This document shows positions 8,587 through 18,982 of a stretch of DNA of 64,000 nucleotides, in pieces. Position 1 is the first letter of the stretch. Each line of letters starts with the position of its first letter. The DNA is taken from assembly GCA_965368975.1 (NCBI GenBank), contig CBDUPA010000002.1, positions 512,001-576,000 of the forward strand, read 5' to 3'. Source of the DNA: an uncultured bacterium (lineage in GTDB: Bacteria; Acidobacteriota; Thermoanaerobaculia; Multivoradales; JAHZIX01). Under the pieces are notes generated by a model. The model was not told where the DNA came from, ran no database searches, and saw only the letters and a list, made by a program, of their open reading frames with translations. Position numbers and translations under genes: made by a program.

Positions 8587-10653
8587 TTGACGATCTTTGC
8601 TTTCCTTCTCCTCCTCCTCCTCACTCTTCCCGGCATGCTGATGGCGGACGAGTTCGCCTCGGCGGAGCGGTCCGCCCCGGGCGGGCTGGCCCTGTCCGAG
8701 GGTGGCCAGGATGACCCATCTCCCGAGAATCGCCAGAGCAGCGAAGCAACACCCGAACCGGCAGCAGCAGGGCCTGCAGCCTTCGGCGATACCGTGACCG
8801 AAGAGATGACGGTGACCGCTGGCCAGCCCTGGGGCACCCTCAGCGCTGCCAGCGGCGCCGCCACCGTGTTGCGCACAGAAGACCTGGCGGCACCGCCGGA
8901 CACCCTCGGGCAGTTGCTACAGCACGCACCGTCGGTGTCCGAGACCGGCCAGGGAGGGCAATTCCAGACCTTCTCGATCCGCGGCGTCTCGCGCCAGCGC
9001 GTGCTCACGCTGGTTTCCGGCATGCGCATGACCAGCGAGCGCCGCGCCGGGGTCGCCACCTCCTTCTTCGACCCCTTGCTCATCGGCCCCGTCGATCTGC
9101 TGCGCGGCCCGGCCTCCAGCTACCACGGCTCCGAGGCCTTGGGCGGCGTGGTGCAGCTGTTCCCACGCGCCTTCAACGGCTGGAACGTCGCCACCGGCTG
9201 GGAAAGTCAAGGCAACGAACGCTATGTGCGTGTCGCCTGGGGCGACCCCGAACGAGGCTGGTCGCTGGGCCTGGTACGACGCACGGCCGACAACGCTGAG
9301 ACACCCGCCGGCACCGAGCTCGATACGCACTTCACGCAGTGGTCCGCCAGCGTACACAAGACGTGGTCCACCGAGGGTGGCGTACGCGCTGGCGGCCTGG
9401 ACTACGAGATCCTACTCATTCCTGCCGTCGCTGACGATCTGGGCAAGTCGAGCACCGACTTCCCCGAGAGCCGTATCACCACGTATCCGCGCGAGCGCCA
9501 CCTGCTGGCCAAGCTCGGGATCGACGCCCCCAACTGGCGCTTCAACGTCTGGGCGCACCCCCAAGACCTCGAGACCGAAGCCCTGCGCCCCGAGCGCAGC
9601 CTGTCGACCGTGGCCAACGAAAGTCTCGATCTCGGCAGCTCCTGGCGCTATCGATTCGACCTCGACCCGAACACCAGCGCGCAGGCCGGCATCAGCTGGT
9701 TCGGGCGTCGAGGCGTCGGTGCGGAGGAGACCGAGATCGACCTGCAGTCCGGCGAAAGTACGACCCGCACAACGCTGCAGAGCGCCGAGCAGGACGAAGT
9801 CGACGCCTTCGCCTCGCTGCGCTGGCAGGGCAACAGAATCCAGCTCGAGGCCGGTACGCGCCTGAGCTGGCAGCAGCAGAGCAATGAAGGGGCGGGACGC
9901 ACGAGGGGGACGCGCGACGATGCAGCCTGGAACGGCTTCGTCGGCGCCGTCGTACCGCTGGTGCGCAGGGCCACCGGTGAGCACGCGGAACTGGTGGCCA
10001 ATGCCGGTACCGGCCTGCGCTTCCCGACGCTCAGTGAGCGCTTCTTTAGCGGCACCACTGGCCGCGGCGGTGTCCTCGGCAATCCAGACCTCGAACCCGA
10101 ACGCGCAGTCAATGTCGACCTCGGACTCCGCTGGACCGCCGGTCGCCTGTTCGTCGGTGCCTTCCTTTTCCGCAACGAGATCGACGACTACATCGAGCGG
10201 ATCGAAGTCGCCGAAGACCTGCGCACCTTCGTCAACCTCACCTCCGGCACGATCGAAGGCATCGAGATCGAGGGCTTCTACATTCTCGACGACACCTGGC
10301 GTCTCAGCTTCGGTGGTCATTCGATGGAAGGCACGGACGATGACGGTCTGCCCCTGGCCGACATCCCCGCCCGCCGCCTACAGCTCGGCTTCGGTTTCGA
10401 CCGTGACCGCTGGCGCGTGCAGGCCGACTGGCAGTACCGCTGGGACAAGGACGACCCGGGAAGCAGCGAGAAGGCGATCCCGTCCGCGCACATCCTCGGA
10501 GCGTCGGCGCAGTACTCCCTGAACAACGGCCTGGCTCTGCGCCTGACCGGCCACAACCTGCTCGACGAGGAGTACTTCAACTCCGCAGACGAGAAGGTAC
10601 CGTTGTCAGCGGGACGGTCGATCGGCGTCGGAGTAGTGTGGACCGGGGACTGA
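8587..10653 (+). CDS. TonB-dependent outer membrane receptor
   Basis: Hydrophobic signal peptide; EEMTVTA TonB box; SIRG; LRGPASSYHGSEALGGVV plug; GNPDLEPE; NLLDEEY; start uncertain. Confidence 0.88.
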   Translation: MTIFAFLLLLLLTLPGMLMADEFASAERSAPGGLALSEGGQDDPSPENRQSSEATPEPAAAGPAAFGDTVTEEMTVTAGQPWGTLSAASGAATVLRTEDLAAPPDTLGQLLQHAPSVSETGQGGQFQTFSIRGVSRQRVLTLVSGMRMTSERRAGVATSFFDPLLIGPVDLLRGPASSYHGSEALGGVVQLFPRAFNGWNVATGWESQGNERYVRVAWGDPERGWSLGLVRRTADNAETPAGTELDTHFTQWSASVHKTWSTEGGVRAGGLDYEILLIPAVADDLGKSSTDFPESRITTYPRERHLLAKLGIDAPNWRFNVWAHPQDLETEALRPERSLSTVANESLDLGSSWRYRFDLDPNTSAQAGISWFGRRGVGAEETEIDLQSGESTTRTTLQSAEQDEVDAFASLRWQGNRIQLEAGTRLSWQQQSNEGAGRTRGTRDDAAWNGFVGAVVPLVRRATGEHAELVANAGTGLRFPTLSERFFSGTTGRGGVLGNPDLEPERAVNVDLGLRWTAGRLFVGAFLFRNEIDDYIERIEVAEDLRTFVNLTSGTIEGIEIEGFYILDDTWRLSFGGHSMEGTDDDGLPLADIPARRLQLGFGFDRDRWRVQADWQYRWDKDDPGSSEKAIPSAHILGASAQYSLNNGLALRLTGHNLLDEEYFNSADEKVPLSAGRSIGVGVVWTGD

Positions 10654-10668
10654 TATGCTCCCGAGTCT

Positions 10669-11862
10669 ATGACGACCCTGCTTTCCGACGCCGAGCTTTC
10701 CGACGCCGACCTGCTCGCCCGCATGGTGAGTTTCGACACCACGAGCCGCTACTCCAATCTGCCGCTCGCTGACTTCATTTGCGACTACCTTGACCGCCCA
10801 GGCGTCGAGATCGTGCGCGCCCCTGCGCCAGAGGGGGACAAGGTCAACTTGGTGGTTTACGTTGGGCCGAGCGTTGGGAAAGAGCGCGAAGGTTTGACGC
10901 TCTCGGGCCACATGGACGTAGTACCGGCCGAGGAGCCCGGCTGGGCCAGCGACCCATTCGAACTCACCGACGCGGGCGACCGCTACGTGGCTCGTGGATC
11001 GGCGGACATGAAGGGATTCGTGGCGCTGGCGGTGAACCGGGCGGCACGGCTGGCTGCCTCGGCAGGTGACCTACAACAGCCGCTGGCCCTGGTGCTGACC
11101 TACGACGAAGAAGTCGGTACCGTTGGCGCGCGACACTTCGCGCACTCCTGGAACCGGCCGCTACCGCGACACGCGATCATCGGTGAACCGACCGAACTCA
11201 AAGTCGTGCGCATGCACAAGGGACACCTGAAGCTGCGCGTGACGCTGCGCGGACAGTCGGCGCACAGCGGCTATCCGCACCTGGGACGCAACGCGATCGA
11301 GCCCGCGGGACGGGTGATCGTAGCGTTGTCCGAACTGCGGCGACAGCTGGAGACGGAAGCCCCGCCGAACCGGCAGTTCTTCCCGGAGGTGCCGTTCGTG
11401 GCGCTCAATGTGGCAATGGTGCAGGGCGGCACGGCCGTCAACATCGTGCCGGACTTGTGCACCCTGATGGTCGGCGCCCGCGTGTTGCCGGGCATGAACT
11501 CGGCCGAGATCGCTACACGCATCCGGCAGGCGATTGATCAAGCGACGTGCGAGGAGCAGGACACTGCCGGATCCAAGATCGATGAGCCGGAGATCGAGCT
11601 GCTCAACGACAGCCCGCCGTTGCTGGTATCGGAAGAAGCACCGATATGCCGCCAGCTGTACCCGCTATCGTCGCAGACCGAAACGTTGTCCGCCTCGTAC
11701 GCCACGGACGCAGGCTGGCTGCAGAAGCTGGACATGGACTGCGCGATCTGGGGGCCGGGGTCGATCGAGGTGGCCCACAAGCCGAACGAGTACCTACCCA
11801 AAGATCAGTTCGTGCGGGCTGGAGAACTGCTGGACGGCATCATCCGAGAGCGCTGTGGCTGA
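10669..11862 (+). CDS. argE: M20A metallo-deacylase, acetylornithine deacetylase ArgE-like
   Basis: LSGHMDVVP, RGSADMKG, YDEEVG, GEPT, AHS, ATDAG and AHKPNE motifs. Confidence 0.8.
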   Translation: MTTLLSDAELSDADLLARMVSFDTTSRYSNLPLADFICDYLDRPGVEIVRAPAPEGDKVNLVVYVGPSVGKEREGLTLSGHMDVVPAEEPGWASDPFELTDAGDRYVARGSADMKGFVALAVNRAARLAASAGDLQQPLALVLTYDEEVGTVGARHFAHSWNRPLPRHAIIGEPTELKVVRMHKGHLKLRVTLRGQSAHSGYPHLGRNAIEPAGRVIVALSELRRQLETEAPPNRQFFPEVPFVALNVAMVQGGTAVNIVPDLCTLMVGARVLPGMNSAEIATRIRQAIDQATCEEQDTAGSKIDEPEIELLNDSPPLLVSEEAPICRQLYPLSSQTETLSASYATDAGWLQKLDMDCAIWGPGSIEVAHKPNEYLPKDQFVRAGELLDGIIRERCG

Positions 11863-13258
11863 GTCCTTCGCTAGCGGAGAACGCATGCTGCTGGCACCGG
11901 AACTGGCACTGATCGGCGACCACCTGCGCCCCGGCATGTGGATCGAAGTGGACGCCGACGGCCGGATCGGCCAGGTGTTCGAAGGCGACGCTTCGGCGAG
12001 CCCACCGGAGAATCTCGTACGACTGCCGCGTCGTGCCCTACTGCCGGGCATGATCAACGCGCACTCGCACGCGTTCCAGCGCGGCCTGCGCGGCCGGGGA
12101 GAGACCTTCCCGGCGGGGGCCGGTAGCTTCTGGAGCTGGCGCGCGGCGATGTACGAGCTGGTCACGCAACTGGATGAAGGCGATTTCCGGACCGTCTGCC
12201 TGCGTGCTTTCCGCGAGATGCTGGCCGCCGGCATCACGACGGTAGGCGAGTTCCACTACTTCCATCACCTGGACGAAGACCCGGCAAGCCGCCTGCGCGG
12301 GCGCTGCGATGAATTGGTGCTGGGGGCCGCCGCAGAGGCCGGAATTCGGATCGTGCTGCTGCAGGCGTACTACCGTACCGGCGGCATCGACGCCAACGGC
12401 AACTACACACCGCCGCAGCCGGCCCAGCACCGCTTCTACACCGAGTCCCCGCGGGCCTACTGGCAGCGCCTGGACGAACTCGCCGAGAAACTCGGCCGCC
12501 ACCAGACGCTGGGCGTCGTGGCCCACAGCATCCGTGCCGCTGAGCCGGCCGAGATCGCCGAGCTGTGGCAGGAGGCTCGGCGGCGCAAGCTACCGTTTCA
12601 CATGCACGTGGAAGAGCAACGGCAGGAGATCGAGGCCTGCTTGCTGGCACACGGTCAGACGCCGATGGCCACCCTGCTCGACACCCTGAAAGCTGGGCCC
12701 GGCAGCTTCGCCGATGGGGGCTTCACGGCGGTGCACTGCACGCACACGGCGAGCAAAGACATGGAACGGTTCGCCGCAGCCGGCGGCAGCGTCTGCATCT
12801 GCCCTCTGACCGAGGCCAACCTGGGCGATGGCATTGCCGACCTGCCGGGCATGCGCCGCGTCGGTGTCAACATCTGCCTGGGCACCGACTCCAACGCGCG
12901 CATCTCGATGTTCGAAGAGATGCGCTGGCTCGAGTACGTGCAACGGCTGGCGGGCGAAGCACGCGGCGTGGTGCGCGACGATGCCGGGGATGTCTCGGGG
13001 CCCCTCTGGCACACGGCCACTCTGCGCGGCGGCCGCGCGCTGAGTATCCCCGCCGGCACCATCGAGCGGGCAGCTTGTGCGGACCTGATCACCGTCGACC
13101 TCGACGCCCCGGCGCTGGCGGGCTGCGACGTCGCATCGCTGCTGCCGGCGCTGGTGCTCGGTGCTCCGGATGGCGTGATCGACCAGGTCTGCGTCGGCGG
13201 ACGCTGGCGGAGCGTGGCGGAGATCCTGCCGCCTGCCACGGCGAGCCCAGAGAACTAG
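11855..13258 (+). CDS. hutF: Formimidoylglutamate deiminase-like amidohydrolase
   Basis: PGMINAHSHAFQRGLRG, SFWSWR, GEFHYFHH, AHSIRA, CPLTEANLGDG and GTDSN motifs; GTG 11855 overlaps the argE stop. Confidence 0.82.
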   Translation: MAESFASGERMLLAPELALIGDHLRPGMWIEVDADGRIGQVFEGDASASPPENLVRLPRRALLPGMINAHSHAFQRGLRGRGETFPAGAGSFWSWRAAMYELVTQLDEGDFRTVCLRAFREMLAAGITTVGEFHYFHHLDEDPASRLRGRCDELVLGAAAEAGIRIVLLQAYYRTGGIDANGNYTPPQPAQHRFYTESPRAYWQRLDELAEKLGRHQTLGVVAHSIRAAEPAEIAELWQEARRRKLPFHMHVEEQRQEIEACLLAHGQTPMATLLDTLKAGPGSFADGGFTAVHCTHTASKDMERFAAAGGSVCICPLTEANLGDGIADLPGMRRVGVNICLGTDSNARISMFEEMRWLEYVQRLAGEARGVVRDDAGDVSGPLWHTATLRGGRALSIPAGTIERAACADLITVDLDAPALAGCDVASLLPALVLGAPDGVIDQVCVGGRWRSVAEILPPATASPEN

Positions 13259-13266
13259 GTCCGACA

Positions 13267-15522
13267 ATGGGACTCGCTGACCTGCTTCGCCGCCGCGGCC
13301 TGGTCCCCACGATCTCGGAGACCGAACGCGCCGCCCTAGAAGCGGGCACCGTGTGGTTGGACGGCGAGCTCTTCTCCGGCCGGCCCGACTGGCGGCGCAT
13401 CCTCGCCGAGCCGTATCCGCAGCTCGATGCGCGCGAGCGTGCCTTCCTCGATGGCCCCGTGGAGGAGGTGTGCCGCTTGCTCGACCCCTGGCGAGTGGAG
13501 CAGGAGCGGGCGTTGCCACCCGAGGTGTGGACCTACCTCAAGCAGGAGGGCTTCTTCGGGCTGCAGATCCCAGAGGAGTATGGCGGCCATGGCTTCTCGA
13601 CGCTCCTGCTGAGCGCCGTCTTCGCCAAGCTGGTGACGCGCAGCATGTATCTCTCGTCGGTGGTATTGATTCCGAACTCGGTGGGTCCGGGCGAGCTGCT
13701 GCTCGAGTACGGCACGGCCGAGCAGCAGCAGTACTACCTGCCACGGTTGGCGCGCGGTGAGGAGATCCCGTGCTTCGCACTCACCGAGCCGCAAGCCGGT
13801 TCCGACGCCGCGTCGCTGACTTCGCGTGGTCGCGTTTTCCGCCACACGGACGGTGATCTGCGCATTCGTCTCGACTTCGACAAGCGGTACATCACGCTGG
13901 CGCCGGTCGCCACGCTGATCGGCCTGGCGGTGCAGCTCGAAGACCCGGAGAACCTACTCGACCGCGCAGCTGGCCAACAGAGTGACTTGGGAATCACCTG
14001 CGTGCTGGTACCGGCCACGGCGCCGGGCGTCGAGATCGGACGTCATCACGATCCGATGGGCATTCCTTTCCCCAACGGACCGATCCGCGGACGCGCCGTG
14101 GAGGTCGGTATCGATGCGATCATCGGAGGCCCGCGCTACGCCGGCAAGGGCTGGCGCATGCTGATGGAGGCACTGTCCGGCGGGCGCGCGGTGTCCCTGC
14201 CCGCGCAAGCCACCGGTGGGGCCTGGTGGACGGCGCGCGTGGTAGGGGCCTACGCAGCGATACGGCATCAGTTCGGCTTGCCGATCGGTCGCTTCGAGGG
14301 CGTCGCCGAGCCGCTGGCACGCATCGCCGGCACCACGTACCTGATGGACGCTGCCCGGGTCTTCACCTGTGGCGCCCTTGACGGCAGCACGGACGGCGAA
14401 CGAGAGCGACCATCCGTGATCTCGGCTCTGATGAAGTACAACCTCACCGAGCTGGGGCGCGGCCTGATGCAGGACGGAATGGACGTGCTGGGCGGCGCAG
14501 GCATTTGCCGGGGACCTTCGAACTTGCTGGCGGACGGCTACGTCGCGGCGCCGATCGGCATCACCGTCGAAGGCGCGAACATCCTCACGCGCACGCTGAT
14601 AACCTTTGGCCAGGGTATCTTGCGGGCTCATCCCTACGCCCGCCGTGAGGTGGACTCCCTGGAGGCCGGGAATAGCAGCGCACTGCTCGAGGCCCTGCTC
14701 GGACACCTGGCCTTCTTCGCAGTCAACAGCGTGCGTGCCGTCTTCCACAGCCTGACCCTCGGGCGGTTCGCGGCAACACCACCACGGGCCGCGGTGAGCA
14801 AGGCGACGCGCCACTACTACCGCAAGCTCAGTTGGGCCGCCGCACGCTTCGCCGTCTACACCGACCTGGCGCTCTTCACCCTCGGCAGCCGGCTCAAGCG
14901 TCAGGGTAAGCTGAGCGGTCGCTTCGCGGACGTCCTCTCGTGGCTGTACCTGGGCCTGGCAACGCTGCGCCGGTTCGAGGCGGAGGGCCGGCAGGCACAG
15001 GATCTACCCTTGGTGCACTGGGCACTGCAGACCGCCCTGGCGCGCATCCAGACGAGCTTCGAAGGGATCTGCAGCAATTTCGGCGGTCCGCTCGGCTGGT
15101 GGATGCGCGGGCCGGAACGCTGGATCGTTCGCTCGACGCCCATCGGTCGGGCACCGTCGGATCACCTGGACCGCGAGCTGGCCGCGCTACTGCAGCAACC
15201 GAGCACCGCCCGCGACCGCCTGAGCGGCGAGATCTTCGCCGACGAGGATGCGGTGCCGACACTGGGTCGGCTCGAGCGCGCGCTACGCCTGAGCGGCGAG
15301 ACCGCGGAGCTGGAGCGGCGTGCCGCGAAAGACGGTGACGAGCAGCTGAGTACGGCTGATCAGGCTCGCCTGGACGAAGCCCGCGAGGCGCGCCGGCGGG
15401 CGATCGAGGTAGACAACTTCACTTTCGAAGAGTACAGCGGTAGGCTGGCGCCATGCTCCCAACCCTACAGCCCTACTGCGAGCGGCTCGAGATCAACCGC
15501 CGCCGCTTCCTCGACGAACTGA
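13267..15522 (+). CDS. fadE: Acyl-CoA dehydrogenase, FadE type
   Basis: ISETERAALEAG, PNSVGPGELL, CFALTEPQAGSDA and ITVEGANILTR motifs; real start ATG 13267, not 12565. Confidence 0.88.
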   Translation: MGLADLLRRRGLVPTISETERAALEAGTVWLDGELFSGRPDWRRILAEPYPQLDARERAFLDGPVEEVCRLLDPWRVEQERALPPEVWTYLKQEGFFGLQIPEEYGGHGFSTLLLSAVFAKLVTRSMYLSSVVLIPNSVGPGELLLEYGTAEQQQYYLPRLARGEEIPCFALTEPQAGSDAASLTSRGRVFRHTDGDLRIRLDFDKRYITLAPVATLIGLAVQLEDPENLLDRAAGQQSDLGITCVLVPATAPGVEIGRHHDPMGIPFPNGPIRGRAVEVGIDAIIGGPRYAGKGWRMLMEALSGGRAVSLPAQATGGAWWTARVVGAYAAIRHQFGLPIGRFEGVAEPLARIAGTTYLMDAARVFTCGALDGSTDGERERPSVISALMKYNLTELGRGLMQDGMDVLGGAGICRGPSNLLADGYVAAPIGITVEGANILTRTLITFGQGILRAHPYARREVDSLEAGNSSALLEALLGHLAFFAVNSVRAVFHSLTLGRFAATPPRAAVSKATRHYYRKLSWAAARFAVYTDLALFTLGSRLKRQGKLSGRFADVLSWLYLGLATLRRFEAEGRQAQDLPLVHWALQTALARIQTSFEGICSNFGGPLGWWMRGPERWIVRSTPIGRAPSDHLDRELAALLQQPSTARDRLSGEIFADEDAVPTLGRLERALRLSGETAELERRAAKDGDEQLSTADQARLDEAREARRRAIEVDNFTFEEYSGRLAPCSQPYSPTASGSRSTAAASSTN

Positions 15523-15986
15523 ATCGCCACTCGGAGGCCCAGCGCAGCTTCCGTGCGACCCCCGAAACCTGGTGCCCACTGCAAGTTGCTGAGCACGTGA
15601 TTCTCGCCGAGCGCAGCGCGACGAAGATCATGTGCGATCCGCGCCGGCACCCGGTCCAACGCCGCGGCCTCAAAGATCGCGTCCTGTGGGCCGCGGTCAA
15701 TGTGGTCTTGACGCTGCACCTCAAAGCCAAAGCACCCAAGACTTCGGAGCCCAAGGAGGGCTGGGACCTCGATACAGTCGCCAGCACCTGGGAAACGGTG
15801 CGCCTGCAGCTCCGCGAGCACCTCGAAGATCTGGACGAAGCGGCGGTGCAACGCAAAGTCTTCAAGCACCCCTACGGTGGCCCACTCGACGTCGAGATGA
15901 CACTCGACTTCATGGACAAGCACCTGGAGCACCACCTGAGGCAACTGGAACGCATCCAGAGCGCCGAAGGCTGGCCAGCTACCTGA
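15453..15986 (+). CDS. DinB/YfiT superfamily protein
   Basis: W-x-P-x-Q-V-A-E-H, HPYGG and H-x-x-H-H-x-x-Q metal triad pattern. Confidence 0.8.
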   Translation: MLPTLQPYCERLEINRRRFLDELNRHSEAQRSFRATPETWCPLQVAEHVILAERSATKIMCDPRRHPVQRRGLKDRVLWAAVNVVLTLHLKAKAPKTSEPKEGWDLDTVASTWETVRLQLREHLEDLDEAAVQRKVFKHPYGGPLDVEMTLDFMDKHLEHHLRQLERIQSAEGWPAT

Positions 15987-15991
15987 TTCCG

Positions 15992-18931
15992 CTACCCGCC
16001 CAACGGCGCTGGCCGACCGACCCAATACCCCTGCGCGAAATCGATCCCGATCTCTTCCAGGATGTGGTAAATCGCCTCGTTCTCGACGTACTCGGCGATC
16101 GTATGGATTCCCAGCACCTCGCCGATCCGGCGGATCGATTCGACCAGCGTGCGGTGCAGCTTGCTGGGGTCGTGCGTCAGCGTGCGCACGAACTCGCCGT
16201 CAATCTTGATGAAGTCGACCGGTAGATTGCGCAGGTAGGCGAAAGAGCTGACGCCGGTGCCGAAGTCGTCGAGGGCGAAACGACATCCCAGGTCGCGCAG
16301 CACGGAGAAGAACAGCGAGGCGCGCGCCAGGTTGCTGATCGCCGCCGTCTCGGTGATCTCGAAGCACACGCGCGTCGGGTCGACGCCGCTTTTCTTGAGC
16401 GCATCGGTGATGTCTTCGAGGAAGTTCTCTTCACTCAGGGACTGCCCCGAGATATTGATCGCCAGCGCCTGCTCCAGCCCTTTGCCCTCGCGGTGGTCGG
16501 CAAGCCAGCCGAGAGCCGTGTGCACGACCCAGCGATCGATGCGCGACACCAGGCGGTACTTCTCAGCGGCAGGAATGAAGGCACCTGGGGCCACGAGCTC
16601 GCCGTCCTGGTCGATCAGGCGCACGAAGACCTCGCTCAGCTGGAACGGGAACTTCCGCCCGTCGGTGCCACGGATCGGCTGGATCGGCTGTGCGTAGAGA
16701 CAGAGCCGGCCTTCCTCGATCGCCTGCGGAATGCGATGCAGCCACTGCAACTCACCGTGACGAGCCGCCAGCGCCGAGTCCTCGGGCTGATAGTTGTGCA
16801 GCCGGTCGCCGCCCCTGTCCTTGGCCACAAAGCAGGCGCTGTCGACGGCACGCAGAACCTCGGTGACGCTGCTCTGCTCACCAGCCACGGCCACCAGGCC
16901 AATGCTGGCGGTACACGTGAAGACTCTCTCTTCCCAGGTGAAGCGTAGGGAGCTGATATCGCGGCGCATGGCTTCCGCGAGAATCCGCGCCTGACCCGAA
17001 GAGCAGTCCTCCAGCAGAACACCGAATTCGTCGTCGCCGAGGCGGGCCAGGATGTCTCCCTCGCGCAGGCGCTGGCGCAGCAGGTCGGCGATCTGCTGCA
17101 GCATCTTGTCGCCCACATCGTGGCCGCCGGCGTCGTTGATCGCCTTGAACTCGTCCAGGTCCAGGTAGCAGACCACGTGGCGACGCCCCTCGTCGCGGGC
17201 GCTGGACAGGGCCAACTGCAGCCGGTCCTCGAACTGGTGCCGGTTGAGCAGGCCGGTGAGACGGTCATGGCTCGCCAGGTGGTCCATTTGGCGCTCCAGG
17301 CCGCGCAGCTCGCTGACGTCGCGCAGCACCAGGACGGCACCGGTGAGTAGACCCGCCTGATCGTGCACGGGGGCAACGGTGTCCCGCACGGCGCGCTCGC
17401 TGCCGTCCCGACGCACGATCAGTTTGCGCCCCGGGTACACGCGCAGCGGACGCTGGTGCAAGCAGTCGTAGACGGGATCGGGCAGTTCCTTGCGCGAGGT
17501 CTCGTCGAGCGGTCGGTACACCTCCGACAGCGGTTTGCCGAAAGCCTCCCGCTCGGCCCAACCCGTGAGGTCTTCCGCCGCCGCGTTGAGGAAGTCGATG
17601 CGACCGTTGATGTCGGTGCGTAGCACACCGTCGCCGATCGAGTCGAGCGTGACCTGCGCGCGCTCCTTCTCTTCAAACAGCGCCTCTTGCGCGCGCATGC
17701 TCTCCAGCTCGGCCCCCGCGCGAGCGCCAAAAATGCGCAGGATCGACTCGGCCGGGATGTCCGGCTTGAGCGGGGCATCGTCGAGAACTCCCAGGAATCC
17801 AAGGGGCTGATCGATCGAATCGAAGAGCGGTACGGCCAAGAAGGCCTCCGCGCGCATCTCGCGCAGGGTGCGGTCGTCGGGAAATAGCTCGTGGACGCCC
17901 GACTCGTGGATCAACAGACCGCCCTGGGCGTCCGCGATCGCTTCGAGCGCGGTGCCTTCGAGCCGCACGTCCTCTCCACTCTGGTAGTCCGTGCCCGTCC
18001 AGGCAGCGACGATCTCGGCCCGCTGCATTGACGCATCGGTGAACTTACCAACGAAGGCGTGGTGCAGTTCCAGCGCCTGCGCCAGGTAGCGCACCAGGCA
18101 GCGGAAGAAGTCCTCACCGGTGACCTCGGAAGTGCCATCGACGATCAGGCGCATCCGGTCGATCCGACGGCGCTGGTCGGAGACGTCGGAGGCGACACCG
18201 ATCAGCTGCCGCACGCGGCCTTCGCCGTCGCGCAGGGCCTGACCGTGCATCGACATCCAACGCACCTCGCCTTCAGCGTTGACGATCGGCAGCTCGAGTA
18301 CGAAGTCCACATCGTCTTTCAGAGTGCGCCGCACCGCTTGCTGTAGCGCTTGCTGGTTGGTGCCCGAGAACCGCGACAAGAACCGATCGGCGGCGCCAGA
18401 CAACGGTTCCCCTGAGAGCCCGAAGAGTTCCTGCGCGTAGTCGGAGATGGTCATCGTGCCTGCCGGCAGATCCCACTCCCAGGTGACACAGCGGCCGGCC
18501 TTCTGCGCCAGTTCCAGGCGTGCCTGGCTGCGGCGCAGAGCACGCTCGGAGTGATCCCGGCGCGTGATGTCGAAGGCCGAGGCCACGACGACGTTGCGGC
18601 CGTCCAGCTCGGTGGTCTTTGCCGTGTAGTCGACCAGCAGCTTTTCGCCGTCGCGGCGGATCAGGGGCAATTCGTAGTGGCTAGGTGTCTCTTCGTAGCG
18701 CAGCCTGGCGTTGATACGGTCGCGGACCTCGTCCTTGGACGCCTCTGGCACCAGGTCGACGGGCGAGAGCCCCTGCAGCTCGGTGAAGGAATAGCCGGTC
18801 AGGCGCTCCGCCGCCGGGTTGGCATAGTAGAACTGCTTCAGGTCAAAGATGAAGAAACCCGTAGTCGTCGTTTCCGCCAGTTTGCGGAACCACGATTCGT
18901 CGGCACGGGGTAGGGCTGGAGAGTCGCTCAC
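15992..18931 (-). CDS. PAS-PAS-GAF-PAS-GGDEF-EAL c-di-GMP enzyme, probably a phosphodiesterase
   Basis: PAS motifs; HDRLTGLLNR; RLGDDEF; EVFVRL; FEITET; DDFGTG; IKIDG; AQGY. Confidence 0.92.
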   Translation of the reverse strand: MSDSPALPRADESWFRKLAETTTTGFFIFDLKQFYYANPAAERLTGYSFTELQGLSPVDLVPEASKDEVRDRINARLRYEETPSHYELPLIRRDGEKLLVDYTAKTTELDGRNVVVASAFDITRRDHSERALRRSQARLELAQKAGRCVTWEWDLPAGTMTISDYAQELFGLSGEPLSGAADRFLSRFSGTNQQALQQAVRRTLKDDVDFVLELPIVNAEGEVRWMSMHGQALRDGEGRVRQLIGVASDVSDQRRRIDRMRLIVDGTSEVTGEDFFRCLVRYLAQALELHHAFVGKFTDASMQRAEIVAAWTGTDYQSGEDVRLEGTALEAIADAQGGLLIHESGVHELFPDDRTLREMRAEAFLAVPLFDSIDQPLGFLGVLDDAPLKPDIPAESILRIFGARAGAELESMRAQEALFEEKERAQVTLDSIGDGVLRTDINGRIDFLNAAAEDLTGWAEREAFGKPLSEVYRPLDETSRKELPDPVYDCLHQRPLRVYPGRKLIVRRDGSERAVRDTVAPVHDQAGLLTGAVLVLRDVSELRGLERQMDHLASHDRLTGLLNRHQFEDRLQLALSSARDEGRRHVVCYLDLDEFKAINDAGGHDVGDKMLQQIADLLRQRLREGDILARLGDDEFGVLLEDCSSGQARILAEAMRRDISSLRFTWEERVFTCTASIGLVAVAGEQSSVTEVLRAVDSACFVAKDRGGDRLHNYQPEDSALAARHGELQWLHRIPQAIEEGRLCLYAQPIQPIRGTDGRKFPFQLSEVFVRLIDQDGELVAPGAFIPAAEKYRLVSRIDRWVVHTALGWLADHREGKGLEQALAINISGQSLSEENFLEDITDALKKSGVDPTRVCFEITETAAISNLARASLFFSVLRDLGCRFALDDFGTGVSSFAYLRNLPVDFIKIDGEFVRTLTHDPSKLHRTLVESIRRIGEVLGIHTIAEYVENEAIYHILEEIGIDFAQGYWVGRPAPLGG

Positions 18932-18982
18932 GTCAAACTCGATCGGTTCCTCGGCTCAGGCTCGTCAATAGGTGAGAGCCCC

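Noticed and set aside
12565-13266. 234-aa N-terminal extension of FadE in the ORF track
   Set aside because: Off-frame overlap with hutF; FadE similarity begins at ATG 13267
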